Below are positions 13,321 through 26,455 of a DNA stretch of 64,000 bases, in pieces. Origin of the DNA: Squalus acanthias (Eukaryota). The first letter of the stretch is position 1. Each line of letters begins with the position of its first letter. The notes under the pieces were generated by a model. It did not search any database and was not told the origin of the DNA. It worked only from the letters and a program-made list of their open reading frames with translations. Position numbers and translations under genes: made by a program. The stretch spans positions 22,196,001-22,260,000 of the forward strand of contig CM059435.1 of assembly GCA_030390025.1 (NCBI GenBank), in the 5' to 3' direction.

Positions 13321-13750
13321 TGTGTTGCAATTTTTCCACTGTGACCGCTAGTCTTTTGACTAACATTATCTTAGGAGCGTACCCATCATTGAGGCAGTAC
13401 AGGCATCTACCTGTAACATTCGTTGTCCTGAATTATAGTCTATTGAAGGATGAATGGATGCAAAATCATGTTGCATATATACAATAAAAATAAAAATTAT
13501 AAAAGCAATTTATTAAAATATGCATATTATATTTCTATTACATTGCAGCATATCAAAAGAATGTAGCCATGGTTGCCTTGGTAAGAATTGGATTCTGGCT
13601 ACAACTTTGCATCCTATCTTTGTAAACAGCACATTTGCAACTATTCTGTGTAAATAATTACAAGACCATGCTCCCAGCAGGGAATTTCACTGGGCAAAAA
13701 GCACATAGTGGAAATTCGAATGTGTGTTGCCCACGATTTTCTGACCCAAT

Positions 13751-14513
13751 GGGCCAGAAATTCGGGTCGGGGGCTTCCCGCGGGTGCAAGCCCCCGACCT
13801 GCATTTGGACACCGCGCCTGCCGTTGTGCTGTGGGCCCGCGTGGAATTCGGCTCCTGGGCCTCCTCCAGCTGCCGGCACGCAGTGCTCGCGTATCCCAGC
13901 GGCGCAACTAGTTCGAAGCGTCCCCTGGGATCACGTGGGCCATGGAGAGCCAATCTGAGCAGGGAGTCTTCATAGATTTGACAGGAAGACCTGTCAAATC
14001 TATGAATAGAGATCGGCCCCAAAACCTCACTAAAACTTCAAATACATTTTTAAAAAACATCACATTTTTAAAATAACGATAAATTACATAAATTTTTGTT
14101 TAAAGTAGTTAATTTAAATTTTTGAAAAAATTAATTACACTTTTTAACGGTGCTAAAAATAAACTTACCTTTCTTTAAAGTATGTAAAAAAGATAAACCT
14201 GTGGGGAAAAAATGTTTAAATTGTACTTAATTCACCACTTACCTTGTTAAAAGCGGGCCTTGCACCTCCTTTTTCCCCGTGCAGCTTCTCCGTACTTACC
14301 CTCACGGAGAAACCTGAAAAAAAAAAACGAAGTTTGAGGTCTACGCGCTGCCTCTCCGGCGCACGCGTTCGACCTCTGAACCCCTTCCTTCAGGGGAACG
14401 GAAGTTCCGGTTTCCAGCGCATGTGCAGTGCGTGCGCGAAACCGGCACTTTTGTTGGGTCTACGGGTGAGTACCCAGCGCGTACTCACCCTTGGAGACCC
14501 GAATTTCTGGCCC
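13751..14513. mobile_element. MITE related to 11377-12092 (opposite orientation), nested in an older element (~13707-14836)
   Basis: Perfect 18-bp TIR gggccagaaattcgggtc / gacccgaatttctggccc. Shares the ccatggcccacgtgatcccaggg core with 11900. Confidence 0.85.
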
Positions 14514-15759
14514 ATTAAAATGATGGGTCAGAAAGTCATGAGCAGTGCGCGGGTGAATGTTCGATGTGCGCTGTTGACCAACGAGACTCCACACAGCGGC
14601 CGCCAGTGAGTTGCAGTATTTTTGCGGGATCAGGAAGAGCACTCCTCTTCCTAGCTCCTCCGAATTCTCCCCAGCAGGCGTGCTGTGAGCCCATTTACAG
14701 GCCTGCCTGTTCCTATTTTGAAAACAAAATCAGGCGGGCCTTGGGCATCCAAGGTGCACCCGCCCTGATTTTCCATTGGCGCTCGCCCGTTTTTCAGGCA
14801 ACAAACAGGTGGGCGGCGGTTGAAAATCGCCCCCCAATGTTTAACCTATTCTAGGCAGATTACCTTAACTTTCCCTTTTATTTGTCCTCCCCCTTCTCAG
14901 AGCAGAGCTTCATCTAGATGTTCTGGAGCTGAAATTACCAGCTGATGATGATGGGGATTACAGTGGGCCACCGTTGTCCTGCCACTGCGTGGCTCATGAT
15001 GCTAGTGCCAATCACACTGGGCACCATCTTAGCATTTAATTCCATAGCACTTACCAAAAGATCTTAACTTCCAAAAAAAACTCCAATTCTCTCATGAATT
15101 TTAACAATGAACCTTAGTTTGAAAAAAGGTAAAATAATATAACAATCAGTCAACCATATGGGCATAACAAGGGCCACAGCTGCTGTTGGCTGGAGCTGGA
15201 GTTACACTCTCTAGAGCCTTGCATGAAAGTATGCACTTCGCCTAAAGGTTGAGATTGACTGTTTATTGCAACTGAACATGACTGTGCTGCAATCCTCTTT
15301 TCATGAGCTGAACAACAAGGGTCAGATTTTCAGGATCAGCGGGTAGCAGTTTCATTATAACAAGATGCGATCTTGGTGTCTGCTGCGTAGAGAATTGGAA
15401 CTTGTTGAGTACATATTCTAGGTTGATACTCCACTGCAATATTGTAGCACTGCTCTATTCTTGGAGGTGCCATTCCTCAAGACGAGAAATTAAACCAAGG
15501 CTCCATCTGCCTGTCCCATTGGAGATTACACAGGGTTTTGTACATCTAATTTTGTTGGAGCAAAATCCTGAAGCAAAAATGGATTTTACTCTTATGTTTA
15601 TAAGCTGTTTTCTTGCAGATCATTCATGCAACATGTCATCTTTAACAATCAAAGTAAATAAAAATATTCAATTTTTTTCACAACCAATTCCACCAAAATA
15701 CTCTTAGCCTCTCATGTCCCCGTGACAAAAGGCACTAATACTAGTAAGTCTGAAAAACA

Positions 15760-16190
15760 ACTCTCTCCTGTTCTATGTGTCTCTCACTCCTCTTTCCCAT
15801 GTGTGTTACTGTCTCTTCCTTCCCTTCAATTCTCTCAACTCCTTCCCTTTGGTGTGTGCCTTTCTCTATCATGACCTTCCCTTATGTTTGTCTCTCTCAT
15901 CTCTTACCCTCTGTGATCCTCTCTCTCTCTGTTTCCTCTCCCTTCCTCTCTCTCATCATTACTTTCTCTCATTCTCTTCTTGCTCTTTCTCACCCTTGTC
16001 TTCTCTTTCTCACATCCCTCCCTTATCTTCTCTTTTTCCTCCCTCCCTCTCCTCTTCCTCCTCTCCATTCCTTCTTTCTCCTCTTTCTCTATTCCCCTCA
16101 ATCCACTCTGCCTATCTGTCTCCTGTCTGTGCCTTTCTATCGCTTCTGTGCCCCCTCAGAACCTTCTCTTCTGGATCTCCAACTTAATAA
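15760..16190. repeat. Pyrimidine-rich low-complexity tract
   Basis: About 430 nt that is almost entirely C/T on the + strand. Confidence 0.8.
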
Positions 16191-16549
16191 TCCTTTGGTG
16201 TATATATTGTTTATTTAACGGGACTTTCGTAATTTGTAAATATTTGGTGGGTTCCTGGTATACTTATCTTCCATTCATCTTTACATCTTTACATCTGCAA
16301 ATTCAGTACAGAATACAAGCTTTGTGATATAAGTCACAGGACCGGCAGTGCAGTCAAATCTTGATAAACACATGATTAGTTTGCCACATAATGGTATGGT
16401 TCAACTAGGGATTCTGTAAACAGCAGATAAAAATAGCCAATTACAAACCCTTGTACCACAGTCTTTATAAATAGTCAATGACCGAAAATTCTAGGATGCC
16501 AAGTGATAAGGTTTAGAAAATGTGTGCTACTGCCTGGAGTTTCAATATA

Positions 16550-16985
16550 GAAAGAAAGAAAGACTTGCATTTATATAGCGCCTTTCACGACCACCGGACG
16601 TCCCAAAGCGCTTCACAGCCAATGAAGTATTGTTGTAATGTAGGAAATGCGGCAACCAATTTGCGCACCGCAAGCTCCCACAAACCGCAATATGACCAGA
16701 TAATCTGTTTTAGTGATTTTGATTGAGGGATAAATATTGGCCAGGACACCGGGGATAACTCCCCTGCTCTTCTTTGAAATAGTGCCATGGGATCTTTTAG
16801 ATCCACCTGAGAGCAGACGGGGCCTCGGTTTAACATCTCATCCGAAAGACGGCACCTCCCACAGTGCTGCACTCCCTCAGCACTGCACTGGAGTGTCAGC
16901 CTAGATTTTTGTGCTCAAGTTTCTGGAGTGGGACTTGAACCCACAACCTTCTGACTCCGAGGCGAGGGTGCTATCAACTGAGCTA
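16550..16985 (-). mobile_element. DeuSINE copy
   Basis: Colinear with 3253-3728. Confidence 0.85.
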
Positions 16986-17329
16986 TAATATGACAATATA
17001 AGTGTAGAAGTGTACTGCTGGCAATGTTATCAGACATATCCTTAACATGCTTGTACCAAATTTCTGTCCCTGCTATTTAAACAGAGATGCGATCCTACTT
17101 AAAATTAATGGGTTAAAATAGTAAACGGAGGAATTAAGTCCAAATGCTTTAAGCGTTTGTGGGATAACACTGTCAACAGTAATTTGTTATGTTGAACGTT
17201 AGAAACTGATGTTTGGGAAAAAATCTTCGACCTTGGTCAGAAATTTGTTGTTATAAGAGTAAATGGAAGGCAATTTGGTGAATTAAAATGTGATGCTTGG
17301 ATCAGGCATGCATTAATCCAGAATTAACT

Positions 17330-17667
17330 GAGTGTCAGCTGTGGCTCAGTTGGTAGCACACTCGCCTCTGAGTCAGAAGGTTGTGGGTTCAAGTCCTTCG
17401 GATGAGACGTTAAACCGAGGCCCCGTCTGCTCTCTCAGGTGGATGTAAAAGATCCCATGGCACTATTTTGAAGAAGAGTAGGGGAGTTATCCCCGGTGTC
17501 CTGGCCAATATTCATCCCTGTTTGTGGGACCTTGCTGTGTGCAAATTTGCTGTCGCATTTCCCACATTACAACAGTGACTCAACTTCAAAAGTACTTCAT
17601 TGGCTGTAAAGCGCTTTGAGACGTCCGGTGGTCATGAAAGGCGCTATATAAATGCAAGTCTTTCTTT
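17330..17667 (+). mobile_element. DeuSINE copy with internal deletions
   Basis: tRNA-like head gtggctcagttggtagc...gggttcaagtcc joined directly to the Deu core, with tail gcgctatataaatgcaagtctttc. Confidence 0.85.
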
Positions 17668-20611
17668 AAATTGATTTCTCAGGTTATTTGTTACCTTGTA
17701 AAATATCCTGCTTCTCTCCCCCCCCCCCCCCCCCTTAAACAATCTTGCAATGAATTTCTTTTCTGTCATATGCAGTTTAAGAACATGTTTTCCATCACTT
17801 CATCCATGCAATAGAAATACGGCATTTTATTAACGTTTATTGAAACGAAGTAACATTAGTGGCATGATGTGCAAATTGATTGTTATTTAGCAGGAGTAAA
17901 ACAAAGAGCCATGTTTAAATTTCCCTTGCATTACCAGAAATGCAGGATTTCCTGGGTTGCAACAGAGGGAAAAAGAGAGGAAAATCCCAGTTAATGAAGT
18001 ACGTTACGCATTACCAAATAGAATGTTGCACCCTCACCTGGTGGCACCAGGACCACGAGCTGGTTGTACATTTAATGCCACCTTGTATGGAGATGAGCCC
18101 TATTACAATACAGCTCTTGTTTTTATAACCTGTTGTTAGACAAATATCAATGAGCCTTGTCCTCGACTGAGTGAGTTCCAATTGGCATATGTTTCATACT
18201 CTTTTTTTTCCTTTTAGTTGAAATTCTTGGATATCACATATGCACCGTAAAGCCTAATTTGTAAGCTGCATAACATAGGCATTTCTTCATTTTTGAGCAG
18301 CTGCACTTTCCCTTCCCGTCTAACCGCCCCAACCCCTCCAATTTGTTTCCCTTTGCAGGTCCCTTAGGCATGTACCTCCCATGTCCAATTGGGCAAGGCT
18401 GGGAGCCAACTCTCCACCCTCCGCCAGTGTTGCTTTTGGCGACCTGTCAGTGGATTTATGAGTGCAATCCAGAAAAAACTCCCTGTCTGTGCTTTTTTTT
18501 TCAATCCCTTCCCTTTTACAACAATGCTTGATGCCTGTTCAGGGGTACTTGTAGCAGTGCAGCCATGCAGGTGCCACTGGGAGATCAAGAGAGTGTGAGA
18601 AGGGTTAGGAGGCGTTAAACCTACATCCTGCCACTCTGGTGCCGTGCATTAGTACTGCAGTATCCTGTGCTACTGTACGAACAGAAGTGTTTCTTGATTA
18701 ATCTATATTATCTATTACTTTTAATATAAAAATTGTACTTGTGAATGCATTTCCTGTTATAGATATATTTCTTCGACGCAAATATGTTCCAGCCGATTGG
18801 CTTTCTGTAAATTTCTTCCAGCAATTTTTTTTAAAACAGAAAAAAGCTAGTCATTTTGTAATGTACAGAGAACCTTCCCCCCACCAACAGAAAATACCTC
18901 AACAACACTGGAGTCAGAATGTCTGTGACTTTATAAAAGTAATTTCACTTTATAAGAAAATCAGACATTGTATCCAGGGTTGTGACTGTTATACTATGGC
19001 AGAAACTAGGCAAGGGGGCAGTTAAAATGGAGTGGGGGACTTACCCACTTCTTCCCCACCACTTAGCTTGTGCTGGGCATCATGTCCCTGGTGGTGGCCT
19101 TCTGCCGCCTGATTTTAATGACCGGGCATCATAGAAACAGGCTATTCAGCTAGTGTATGCCAGTGTTTATACACCACAAGCGTTTCTCTCTCTTTCTCCC
19201 CCCCCCACTTTAATGAGCTCTTCCCGTCCTACCCCCTTATCCCTCTAGTCACATCTCCCTCATGTATGCAACATTTTAATTGCGAGGTTAACCCATTTAA
19301 GAATATTGGGGTAACATCCCCGTTAGCGTAGTGAAAGGAAAATTGTCATAAGGACACATTAGGTGTCCATCGACTATTGTCACCAGCCTATAATACATGT
19401 AACTAGAATATTCAGCTCATTGTAATGAGTGTGATTTAAATTCTGTGCACAGACTTGTATTTACTAGTGGAAATACTTTCTCCACACAACATTGTTTAAA
19501 GTGGCAATCATGGGATAGACAGTACTGTCATTGGAGTAGAAAATAAGAAAACTATACAACAAGAAGATGTTTATAATATTCCCCTCTTTTTAAACAAGTT
19601 ATGTAGCTGTCGCCTCAAGCAACAGTGATCAAGTTGGCAGCAACACTGAATTGTTTCTGTGGCAGGAAATGGCCATTTCAGTTTAAAGGAAATCTCCTGC
19701 ATTTAATATACAGGCTGCAAATCAATGGAACTTCCTCGAACTTTCCAGTCCAACACCCGTTCTGGCTCGGTGCACTATTCTAACAAAACATGCTTGATTA
19801 ACACCGTTTCCTGGCTCAATTCAGAGCAATTTTGATCATCTTAACTAACCCCGTGAGGGGTTGTTCTCTGAGAACTTTCACATACTTTATCTCATTTACA
19901 TCTTTCTGAGTGATGTTTTCTTTTTAAGAGATTTTTTTTCTGCTCCAGTGATAACACTGAGGCTTGGCAAAGTCTTGCTATTTGAATGGAGAGAATTTTT
20001 TTAAAAAAACACAGCTGACTATACTCTCTTAAACAGCCACATTGTTAGCTTATTAAATGAGCAATTCAGCAGAAGCCAGGGACTTCCCCACAGGGGGAGA
20101 GAGAGAGAGAGAGAGATGGTTAGAAGCTGAAATGCTCACTGGGTCATTGTGTCCCTCCTGCTAGTTGCCTCAGAACAGGCATTGGTGGAAATGTAGAAGG
20201 TCTTCGGCCCACTCAATTGGTTGTAGGAGCTGAAGGGGACCAGGAGAGAAAACCAGAGCATGATGCACCCTCAAAAAATACTTAGGATTTCAACCCATTG
20301 GCTGATAAAATATTTGAAATTCCCGTAAGTTCAGTATTGTACCTTTTTTAAATAGGGAGATTTACTGTTAAAACATCACTCAAAAGATTTGAATATTTAA
20401 ACGACTTTAAACTTTAATACCCTTTGGAATTGTTCGCTGTCTCTTTTAATTGAAATGCTGCTTTGTATATTAGTGCATGTTTTGTTTACAGGGTAACTGC
20501 AGGAGCATACATCGATATAGTAAGTCTGTCAGCATAGAGGTACATATTGGTATAGTAGTGTTGCACATAAGGGTGACTAACGTCTGGGTAGCTGTTTACA
20601 AGGGCCATGAC

Positions 20612-20728
20612 CAATGTTCCCTCTAATTTACGGTCTAAGTGTGCGGTCCCTTTAAATTTGATGCGTGGTATCTACCAGCAGCAGCAGGTGAGCAGCCTGC
20701 ACAGGACCTCCCGATTGGTGGAACATTG
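20612..20728. mobile_element. 117-bp hAT-superfamily MITE
   Basis: TIR caatgttcc / ggaacattg flanked by an exact 8-bp TSD gccatgac (20604-20611 and 20729-20736). Confidence 0.85.
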
Positions 20729-21883
20729 GCCATGACCAGTATTGATGTCCCCTCAGACGTACTCTTCTGGCTCCCGGGGCTGCCCCCCCAAGGGCTCATG
20801 GTTCCTCTTCAGTAGGCATACTGGCACATAGTTTTTTATTAGCACCAGGAAGGTATGTTTCTCAGCTGTGGTAAAGCCCCTTTTCTCTGCCACAAGCCTG
20901 TGGAACATATGGCAGTCAGAGTGAATGGCGTGCAGCCTTCAGCTAAGACTGGTACCAAGCACAACAAGAATAATGCCTTCGGAATAGTTTTGCTTTTACA
21001 ATAAGTCTCGATGATTTCACCAGGGAATTGGCTTGGAGAAGTGTCTGATTCCTGAGGTGGGAAGAAGCTCAGCTGACGAGCACAATGGAAATAACAAGAT
21101 CAGTGAAACGCCCTAGGATAGTGACTATCTGCGGATGTTAATCTATCTGCCTTACACCATTGAGCTCATTATTCTATTCCAGCCAGTTCCCAAAATGTCA
21201 TTACCACTCAATGGTTTATACCGTGAAAAATACATCGAAGAGTTGATGGGCCAAACGGCTGATTCTGTACCTAAAATAGAACAAGTGGATTGGGGGCAAA
21301 AAAAAATGTTTAATTTAATCCTCAGTAGTTTAGCTTTTACATTTTGGGGCCTGAGTTTGAATCCTGACATGGAAGTAGGAAATGCTGGTATTGGTTTCCT
21401 GAATTAGGAGAGCGTCGCATTCCTCAGTGCTAGCATCCCTTGCCTTTTTACATTTACAAAATCTCACCAAGACCCAATGGGAGGCTTGCTCTCTTTATAT
21501 TAAAAAAAAGGCGGTATCGAAAAAGCAGGTAAATTTTACACCTTTCAATAAAAACTTGAATTAAAAAAGGAAACTTGTCAGAAGAGGCACATTGTATATT
21601 ATGCGTATTCCCTGTGTGTCTCATAGCCATAGTATAAAAAATCCTGCGCCCAGCATAGTGTCCAACTGCCTGACATTTAATTAAAGTGGATGTGTGCACG
21701 AACATTAGGTGAGAGGGCATATATGACATGTCTGACAGCTCTCATTGAGTGTCACACGGTTATTCTGTGCACACCCTAGAAGCTGTAATTTTAATTTTAA
21801 TCTAGTTTCCATCAAGTTTACATGATCGCGGCAGTGCTTGATGTTCGTTCGCACATCCTCTCCGCAGGGGCATAACCCGCCTC

Positions 21884-21884
<1 letters not shown>

Positions 21885-21916
<32 letters not shown>
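21885..21916. repeat. poly(C) homopolymer
   Basis: About 32 consecutive C. Confidence 0.9.
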
Positions 21917-21918
<2 letters not shown>

Positions 21919-22418
21919 GTGTCAGTGGTGTAGATCTACTTAAGTGAAGCGAGGATCCAAAATTCAAGATGAAGCCCTTTGAAGTGCTTTATTCGAGGAA
22001 GTAGGTGTCAATGTTGTATTAAAGCTAAAGCTTTGTGCTGCATAGGCGTATTGTGAGGATAAGAAAAAAAAGAACTTGCATCTGTATAGCACTACGTCAC
22101 GTCATCAGGACAGCCCAAAGCACACAATGAATTATGCTTGAAGCGAAGGTAACTGCTATGTAGCGAAGTTTTACACAGCGAAGTATTTTTATGCCATATC
22201 CCCTCTTTACTGCATATGACAGTCCATTACTTTATATTCTGACTGTTTGATGTTACTGTAATGTAAAAAAGTAATGGTGCTTTAATTCACAATGTTTTAC
22301 AGTTCTCCAGCCTTTTCTTATTTTACAAAAACAATGAAAGACAGGAAAACTGGAGTTATACTGCTCACTTTGAGAACTCAAAACAATATGGCTCTGCAGA
22401 GGGAATATGGCATCTCAA

Positions 22419-23216
22419 AGGCACCGATTTTTAACTCCAGCTCAGTTTTTGGCAGGTGAGCACCAGTGTGAGTTACAAACTCACCTGCTGCTCCAGAAAT
22501 GGGGCCTGGGGTATTTAACCCCCGGGGTTCATTTAAATCTCACTGGCCGACTTCCCACCCGTTCCAGGGGAAGTCGTCGGGAAGCGGCGGAAAGTCGTGT
22601 GGCCCGGAGGCCGCCCGCCGAGACCAGCTAAGTGGTGGGATCCGCTGCTGAGGCTGACACGTGAGAGTCGTGCGATCTGGGGTGGGGGGCGTGCGGTGGG
22701 TAGGCGAGAGTTGCAGCAGGGGAGGCCTAAACTTTAGATATGGGAGCGAAGAAGCACTTCTGCTCCTCCTGGGCTCTCAAGGGAAATTTTAAAAACTTTT
22801 TTTTTACCTTTTTGGGCCTCTTCTGGCCATAATCTGAGTGGACAAAAATGAGAAGTCGCACAACACCAGGTTATAGTTCAACGGTTTTATTCAAAATTAC
22901 GAGCTTTCGGAGCTCCGCTCTTCAGGTAAAGGTACCTTTACCTGAAGAAGGAGCGGAGCTCCAAAAGCTCGTGATTTTAAATAAAACTGTTGGACTATAA
23001 CCTGGTGTTGTGCGACTTCTCATTTTTGTCCACCCCAGTCCAACACCGGCATCTCCGCATCATAATCTGAGTGGGCCTGAAAGGAAACTCGCTGCTGCTT
23101 CCCATTCAGGCCGCAGAGTTAAAATTGCAGTCAGGTCCCGATGACATCGTATGTTTAAAAAAAGGACCCCGCCAGGTGATTTTTAACTGTCCACCCACCT
23201 GGTTTAAAATCACCCC
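22419..23216. mobile_element. GC-rich MITE-like element hosting a Penelope insertion
   Basis: Degenerate ends gatttttaac / tttaaaatcacccc. Internal motifs are shared with the other MITEs. Confidence 0.5.
22842..23060. mobile_element. Penelope-like pLTR fold-back insertion (family 2) with 14-bp TSD
   Basis: Palindrome 22838-23033 centred on ggt|acc (22933/22934). Direct repeat cataatctgagtgg at 22828-22841 and 23061-23074. Degenerate CTGAAGA...GAAA core. Confidence 0.8.
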
Positions 23217-24312
23217 ACGGTTTAAGGACATTTGACAGACTATTGAGTTACACTACCATATTCATGTTGCAATGGACCCCAAAACCACTTTGCATCAGTG
23301 CAAAAGTGGCAAGATAAATTCAGCCAGAAAGACTTGATGCCGAATTTACGTAGAAATTGCAGACTGAACTTCAAGTTGACTCATGCAGATTTTGTAGACT
23401 TCAACTAGGCCTTACAGCTGGGAACTGATACTGTGCCATTTTCTTGTTCAGCTCTGGGTATTAATGTTCTACTAATAGGGTATATGTTCCAGCAAAATTT
23501 CAGCATCCTCCTTATCAGGATATGCAGCTGATCTGTCCATTAGTACTGGTGACTGTGCAGAGATCTTCCATATCTGTGTCTCTCGGGTCTGGTAATCTTG
23601 TAGTATTTTAATGATTGAAATTTGATTATGTTCAGATGAAGCTGAGTTGCCTGCTCTGCAAGAGCCAGATGGTTAATGTGAAGCACAAGTATTGTTGCTG
23701 CTTCTCAAATCTGCATCTGTAAATGACACATTTGATTGTTGTGGGCCAGTGGACTTGCCCTTAATTAGTTAGATAAAATTCTCTAGCATTGGAGACCACA
23801 AACTAAATGGATCTTTGAATGATGGAGCATGTTACATTACTATCTTCTGAGAGAATAGAACATGCTGGGAGGACTACAACTAACTGTTTAGCAGTGGAAA
23901 CATCTGTAACTGGATTACTCACTTCATTCATCTTTGTCATGGCTGTGCAAAACAATTTTTTATTTTGTATTATGTGTTACATCAGTGGTTGGTAATAGTT
24001 GATGTTTTGAGAATAAACCCACCATTCCATGCTGTATATGTTTAGCTGTAATTTCCCCCCTCCCTCAATCCCCACACCTGCCTCTTTGCGACACGTATTG
24101 CTTCAGATCTTTTCTTTGACACTGGTCTAGAAATTGGATCGTGCCTGATATGGGTGTCAATATCCTTCTCCCCCTCCCCAGCCCCCATCCCCCATCCCCA
24201 TTCTCCCTCTCTCCCCAGCCCCCATTCTGCCTTTCTTCTCCATCCCCTGACCCCTATTCCCCAGTCTCCCTCTCTTCCCCACCCCTATCCCCCGTCTCCC
24301 TCTTCCAGTCCC

Positions 24313-24315
<3 letters not shown>

Positions 24316-24366
<51 letters not shown>
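24316..24366. repeat. (CT)n microsatellite within a C-rich tract (24165-24440)
   Basis: Direct observation. Confidence 0.9.
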
Positions 24367-24368
<2 letters not shown>

Positions 24369-24859
24369 ACCCTTAATTCCAGAACACACCCCACTGACTC
24401 CCGAGCACTCCCTACTCCCCCACCACCTGACTCCCGATTATTCCCAGCACACCAACTGGTCCCAACTCTGTGGTGTTGCGGGGGGGGGGGGGGGGTGCGG
24501 TGACATCACCGAGCTGGAGCTGTCTCTGCGGTGGCAGCCAGTGATGTCACAGAGCGGGGTGGGGGGCGCTGTTGCAGCAGGAAATTTAAAGTGCAAAGAT
24601 CGCCCAAACTGCTAGCAAAAGCACCCAGGATATCCATGCTCCTTTCCAGGAGACTCTTAGTAATCCGATGGGTTAGCAACCCTAGGGGGAAGGCAGTCGG
24701 GAGGATTCCTGTAGCTTTTAGTTTAAATTGGAAGTCTTTCATAAGGAACTTTGTCACAAACGTTCAGAATATCTAAATAAATTATAGGGGGTGCCACTAC
24801 CTAATTTATCTGTAACATCCTCAAATGAAGTCAAGGAGCATTATTCTTTCAAATCTTTA

Positions 24860-25420
24860 GGGCTGGATTTTCATAGGGCGATAGAGGCGGGTTTGGAGGC
24901 GTGTGGGGGGTTAAAATTGCGAAAAGTAGCGGGCGGACCTGATTCCGCCTCCACGCAATTTTGATAAAATCGTGTGCGGTGTTCCCGACTCCGTCCCGCC
25001 TCCAAGAGGCGGGAGAGGCCATTAAAGCCCTAAATTGGCTCTGTAATGCCATTTTGAAACGTTTTAGCTAGTTTAACCCTTTTCTGACGTGAAGCACACC
25101 TGATGTGAAACACGCCAGTGAAACCTGGCGGGAGCACAAGTGGATAGCTGACTATCAGCTGCAGGTCCACTCTTACAACGGAGATGTGATGAAGGTAGTA
25201 GTAGTATTAGGTCTGAAAGTCGCAGCAGCAATGATGACATCATCAGAGGCGACTTTCAGACTGAAACCACTAATTGGTTCATGGGTTCCCACATGCTGGA
25301 ACTCAATTGCCCAATTAGGTGAAAATTGCATCAATCTCCCACATCAAATTGCAGTCGGGTGGATAACGCGAAATACGGATGACACGACCCCAACCCGCCC
25401 CAGTATCAAAATCCAGCCCC
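24860..25420. mobile_element. MITE
   Basis: TIR gggctggatttt / aaaatccagccc. Confidence 0.7.
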
Positions 25421-26009
25421 GTATGTTTTAAAGCCACTAAAAAATTTGGGTTGTGCACCTTAAAAATTCTGGAAGTATAATGTAAAATGACATGCAGTAC
25501 AATTTTTCTATTTGCTGAATTAGACGTCTTAATCTGGTTGTATCGTATTTGCTGCTGCATGACTAGTTCCTATGAGTGCAACTCGATGTTAAACAGAGAC
25601 TAAGCAAATAGATTTCAGATTTAAATTATTGCCTGCATCACTTTAACATCATTGCATAAAAATGCGTGGGGAAAGCCGAGCAATTTACTGGGATCTGAGC
25701 CAGGCTGACATCTTAAAAATGTTGCCATGTAACCAGAGAGATGAGATACTCATTTGGCATATGGCAAAATGCATCAATATTGTGTCCATTGTGAATTGAC
25801 CTAGATTTTCATCATGTATTTCTCAGGGTGTGGTGATTTTTATGGCTTTTGTAATACCATATGTTCTATTAGTTAATTTGCTTCTTTTAGCTGTCAGTGA
25901 AGTTTCAAAATAAAACAGATGAATGGCTATGGTTTCCTTTCTTGGTTAGTATTACTATTTCCAAGCTACTTTAGTTAACAGTACGACGCCTATTAACAAT
26001 CCTCTGACT

Positions 26010-26455
26010 AACAACGACTCGCATTTATATAGCACGTTTAACGTAGTAAAGCATCCCAAGGTGCTTCGCAGGAGTGTAATCAGACAAAGTTTGACACTGA
26101 GCCAAAGAAGAAGACATTAGGACAGGTGACCAAATGCTTGGTCAAAGAGGTAGGTTTGAAGCAGCATCTTAAAGGAGGAGAGAGAGGTGGAGAGGATTGG
26201 GAAGGGAATTCCGGAGCTTAGGGCCTAGATGGCTGAAGGTACGGACATCAATGGTGTGGCGAATGTAGTGGGAGATGCACAAGAGGCCAGAATTGAAGGC
26301 ACGCAGAGCTCTTGGAGGGTTGTCGGGCTGGAGGAGGTTACAGCGATGCAGAGGGGTGAGGCCATGGAGGGATTTGAACATGAAGATGAGGATTTTAAAA
26401 TTGAGGCGTTGGTGGACCAAGAGCCACTGTAGGTCATCAAGCACGGGTGATTGGT
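26010..26455 (-). mobile_element. L2 LINE 3' fragment
   Basis: Minus-strand ORF LQWLLVHQRLNFKILI..FKSLHGL..P (L2 ORF2 C-terminus) plus tail. Confidence 0.85.

Noticed and set aside
13635-14854. Clusters of overlapping ORFs in GC-rich islands (also 2609-3183, 11814-12199, 28069-28550, 47333-47741)
   Set aside because: They lie inside TIR-bounded MITEs. GC richness explains the open frames, and they are not CpG-island promoters or genes.
15775-16327. Hydrophobic 115-147-aa ORFs resembling membrane proteins
   Set aside because: Artefacts of a C/T low-complexity tract that lacks stop codons. The same applies to 24141-24615.
17330-17400. tRNA-like sequence with A and B boxes
   Set aside because: It is the head of a DeuSINE, continuous with the SINE body and repeated in other copies, not a tRNA gene.
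20474-20500. TGCATG plus ttttgtttacag|G|gtaact, resembling a recursive splice site or 1-nt exon
   Set aside because: It reads AG-G-GT rather than AG-GT, a 1-nt exon would break the frame, and there is no other support.
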